From positions 1 through 36,466 of the IMG/VR virus record IMGVR_UViG_3300020045_003272: a DNA stretch of 36,466 nucleotides. One strand, given 5' to 3'. Within the stretch, counting starts at the first letter, position 1; each line of letters begins with the position of its first letter. Source of the stretch: a virus (taxonomy: Duplodnaviria; Caudoviricetes). Of this stretch, positions 34,949 through 36,466 are shown piece by piece. The notes beneath the pieces were generated by a model. That model was not told where the DNA came from. It saw only the letters and a program-made list of their open reading frames with translations, and ran no database searches. Position numbers and translations under genes: made by a program.

Positions 34949-35071
34949 ATGTCGGATGCAATATGCTGTTTTATTTGGATGATTGCCTTACTAATGTGTT
35001 TGGGTGAGCCGGATATATTAGATGGATTGATTAAAAGGGCTAACAATATTGAATGTAACCAACACCAATAA
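34949..35071 (+). CDS. Small membrane peptide, 40 aa (MSDAICCFIWMIALLMCLGEPDILDGLI...)
   Basis: Manual translation; GAGG RBS. Confidence 0.65.
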   Translation: MSDAICCFIWMIALLMCLGEPDILDGLIKRANNIECNQHQ

Positions 35072-35194
35072 GGAATAACATGGAAAAATATTTTGCATTT
35101 TTATTTTTCATTGCTCTATCGTTGCTTACTTATGAAGTGGCGAAAATTGAATCATCTATAAAACAATGTTTAATCACTACCAATAAGGAATAAC
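35064..35194. repeat. 16-bp direct repeats ACCAATAAGGAATAAC (35064-35079 and 35179-35194)
   Basis: Exact match; each contains the RBS of the next gene. Confidence 0.9.
35080..35193 (+). CDS. Small membrane peptide, 37 aa (MEKYFAFLFFIALSLLTYEVAKIESSIKQCLITTNKE)
   Basis: Manual translation; AAGGA RBS. Confidence 0.6.
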   Translation: MEKYFAFLFFIALSLLTYEVAKIESSIKQCLITTNKE

Positions 35195-35195
35195 C

Positions 35196-35366
35196 ATGGC
35201 ACTAAAGTTTATGTTAACGTTTATAGTTTTTACAATAACATTTGGCTTATTGGGTATAAGCTGGGCGTACGCTAATGAGGAAAAGTTATTAAATTTCGCT
35301 ATTAAGGCGGTAAGTATAACATCGTTAGGAATTGCTATTTCTGCAATATTCTGGATATGGAGTTAG
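35196..35366 (+). CDS. Small two-TM protein, 56 aa (MALKFMLTFIVFTITFGLLGISWAY...AIFWIWS)
   Basis: Manual translation; AAGGA RBS. Confidence 0.65.
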   Translation: MALKFMLTFIVFTITFGLLGISWAYANEEKLLNFAIKAVSITSLGIAISAIFWIWS

Positions 35367-35460
35367 TAAAGATTTGCTCTAAAACACTTTTAATGTATAA
35401 TTAACAATAACTTATACCAACGAGACAACATCAATGTCACTCTCCTCTAAAGGACTTTTT

Positions 35461-35628
35461 ATGTTTATAAAACACGATGGCAAATCAATACCAGTAGAAG
35501 AAAATACCAATGTAACTATACAGCATAGGAGCGGATTAGTACATAATTGGCACGCCTCCCCGCATGATAGGTGGATATGGGGTGAAAAAGAATATGCAGG
35601 GGATATAGTGGGTTATATAGTAAGGTAG
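35461..35628 (+). CDS. Small hypothetical protein; start probably at ATG 35461
   Basis: AAGGA RBS; HDG...PV.....V....R.G...W.W.....DI.GY, same domain as in 33002..33718; TTGCTC-16-TATAAT at 35374-35401. Confidence 0.7.
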   Translation: MFIKHDGKSIPVEENTNVTIQHRSGLVHNWHASPHDRWIWGEKEYAGDIVGYIVR

Positions 35629-35660
35629 GTATAATTTTTATTTAATTATACCTGTCTTTT
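35627..35660. terminator. Hairpin between convergent genes
   Basis: AGGTATAATT/AATTATACCT inverted repeat followed by a T-tract. Confidence 0.6.
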
Positions 35661-35662
35661 AC

Positions 35663-35818
35663 CTAATCTTTATTTAGCTCTGCAAGTCTTGCATCCATTA
35701 AAGGAAAGTATTCAGGTTTTATCTCCCTGCGATATGGCTTTAATCCTCGCGCTTTTTTTTCATCGCGTAATCTTTGAGATGCTAATCTTTGCGCCTCTTT
35801 TCGTTTAGTAGATGACAT
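35663..35818 (-). CDS. Small basic putative DNA-binding protein, 51 aa (MSSTKRKEAQRLASQRLRDEKKARGLKPYRREIKPEYFPLMDARLAELNKD)
   Basis: Manual translation; AGGA RBS; basic helix-GL-strand-helix pattern. Confidence 0.7.
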   Translation of the reverse strand: MSSTKRKEAQRLASQRLRDEKKARGLKPYRREIKPEYFPLMDARLAELNKD

Positions 35819-36080
35819 AAGACTTCCTAGAATCAAGTTCATTATGTATATTCATATTGATATTTAACAACCGTTTTGCTATACTAACTCGTTGTTTCTC
35901 ATGGTTAATTTCACCAACCAAATCCTCGAGTTGGGCAAACATTATATTCATTTCTTTGTTGATATTATCAAAGAACATACCGCTTGATTTAAGCAATAAC
36001 TCGCCAAGGTTTTCATATTCGCGAATAAGTTTCTCACATTGTTTATATTCTTTAGAATAGAATTGTAGTATATTAGTCAT
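35805..36080 (-). CDS. Hypothetical coiled-coil protein; start probably at ATG 36080
   Basis: AGGAG RBS before 36080; ORF track. Confidence 0.7.
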   Translation of the reverse strand: MTNILQFYSKEYKQCEKLIREYENLGELLLKSSGMFFDNINKEMNIMFAQLEDLVGEINHEKQRVSIAKRLLNINMNIHNELDSRKSYVIY

Positions 36081-36357
36081 GGTATCTCCTGTGTGGTGAA
36101 TTAAGTTTTTTAGCAATTTGTTCATAAGTCATAAAGTAGTATTTCTCTTTTTTATCGTTTTTAGATGTTCTTGATTTAAATGCCATATTCTCATCAAGAA
36201 ACCCATTTTTTAAAGCTGAGTCATGTAAATATTTCTCATCGTCTGTATTGTTCATGATGAAATCTATATATTCTAAATCACGCTCCACATCATAATATGT
36301 ACTTGAATAATAGAAGTAATAATTTTTGAATTTGCGTGTAGTGCGCGACTTAGTCAT
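36073..36357 (-). CDS. Hypothetical protein, 94 aa
   Basis: ORF track; coupled to ORF 12..143 across the circular join. Confidence 0.7.
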   Translation of the reverse strand: MTKSRTTRKFKNYYFYYSSTYYDVERDLEYIDFIMNNTDDEKYLHDSALKNGFLDENMAFKSRTSKNDKKEKYYFMTYEQIAKKLNSPHRRYHD

Positions 36358-36466
36358 TATTTAAGCCCGTGTAATTGTTGCTCAAGCTGTTTAATATCAT
36401 TGATAATCCGAAGCCCATCTTTTAAAGGCCTTTGGTTTAATTCAAGATATAGTTTAGAGAGTTCGC
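36346..36466. repeat. Terminal direct repeat, right copy
   Basis: Identical to 1-121. Confidence 0.97.

Noticed and set aside
35390-35405. TTAA-N7-TTAAC CtrA-box match over a -10 element
   Set aside because: Fits an alphaproteobacterial host, but several such matches are expected by chance in AT-rich DNA and I did not see it at other promoters.

Overview
The window is a complete circular (or circularly permuted) podovirus genome of about 36,345 bp; bases 1-121 are repeated exactly at 36346-36466 and a reading frame runs across the join. The + strand from about 1 to 22.6 kb carries a P22-like late region: terS, terL, portal, scaffold, coat, decoration proteins, gp4- and gp10-like tail hub, three ejection proteins, several fibres, an M15 endolysin and a holin. 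A leftward early arm (28.1 to 22.8 kb) holds erf, ssb, a DUF968 HNH nuclease, DUF1353 and many small genes. A rightward arm (28.3 to 35.6 kb) holds HTH regulators, VRR-NUC, a lambda-O-like initiator with an internal iteron origin, DUF551 and Lar. I found no integrase, CI-type repressor, polymerase or methylase. SSB, an XRE regulator and an alpha-CTD look alphaproteobacterial (Rickettsiales-like). The most striking item is a 191-aa protein fusing a sigma70 region-4 domain to an RNA polymerase alpha-CTD, with altered -35 recognition residues but intact UP-element and activator-contact residues: a candidate transcription-hijack or decoy factor. Also notable: near-total GATC avoidance, with the only site I found lying in that gene; a roughly 108-aa beta domain inserted in frame three times, once inside a copy of itself; three unannotated structured RNA elements; and small genes flanked by direct repeats. 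All family calls come from motif recognition by eye, with no database searches.
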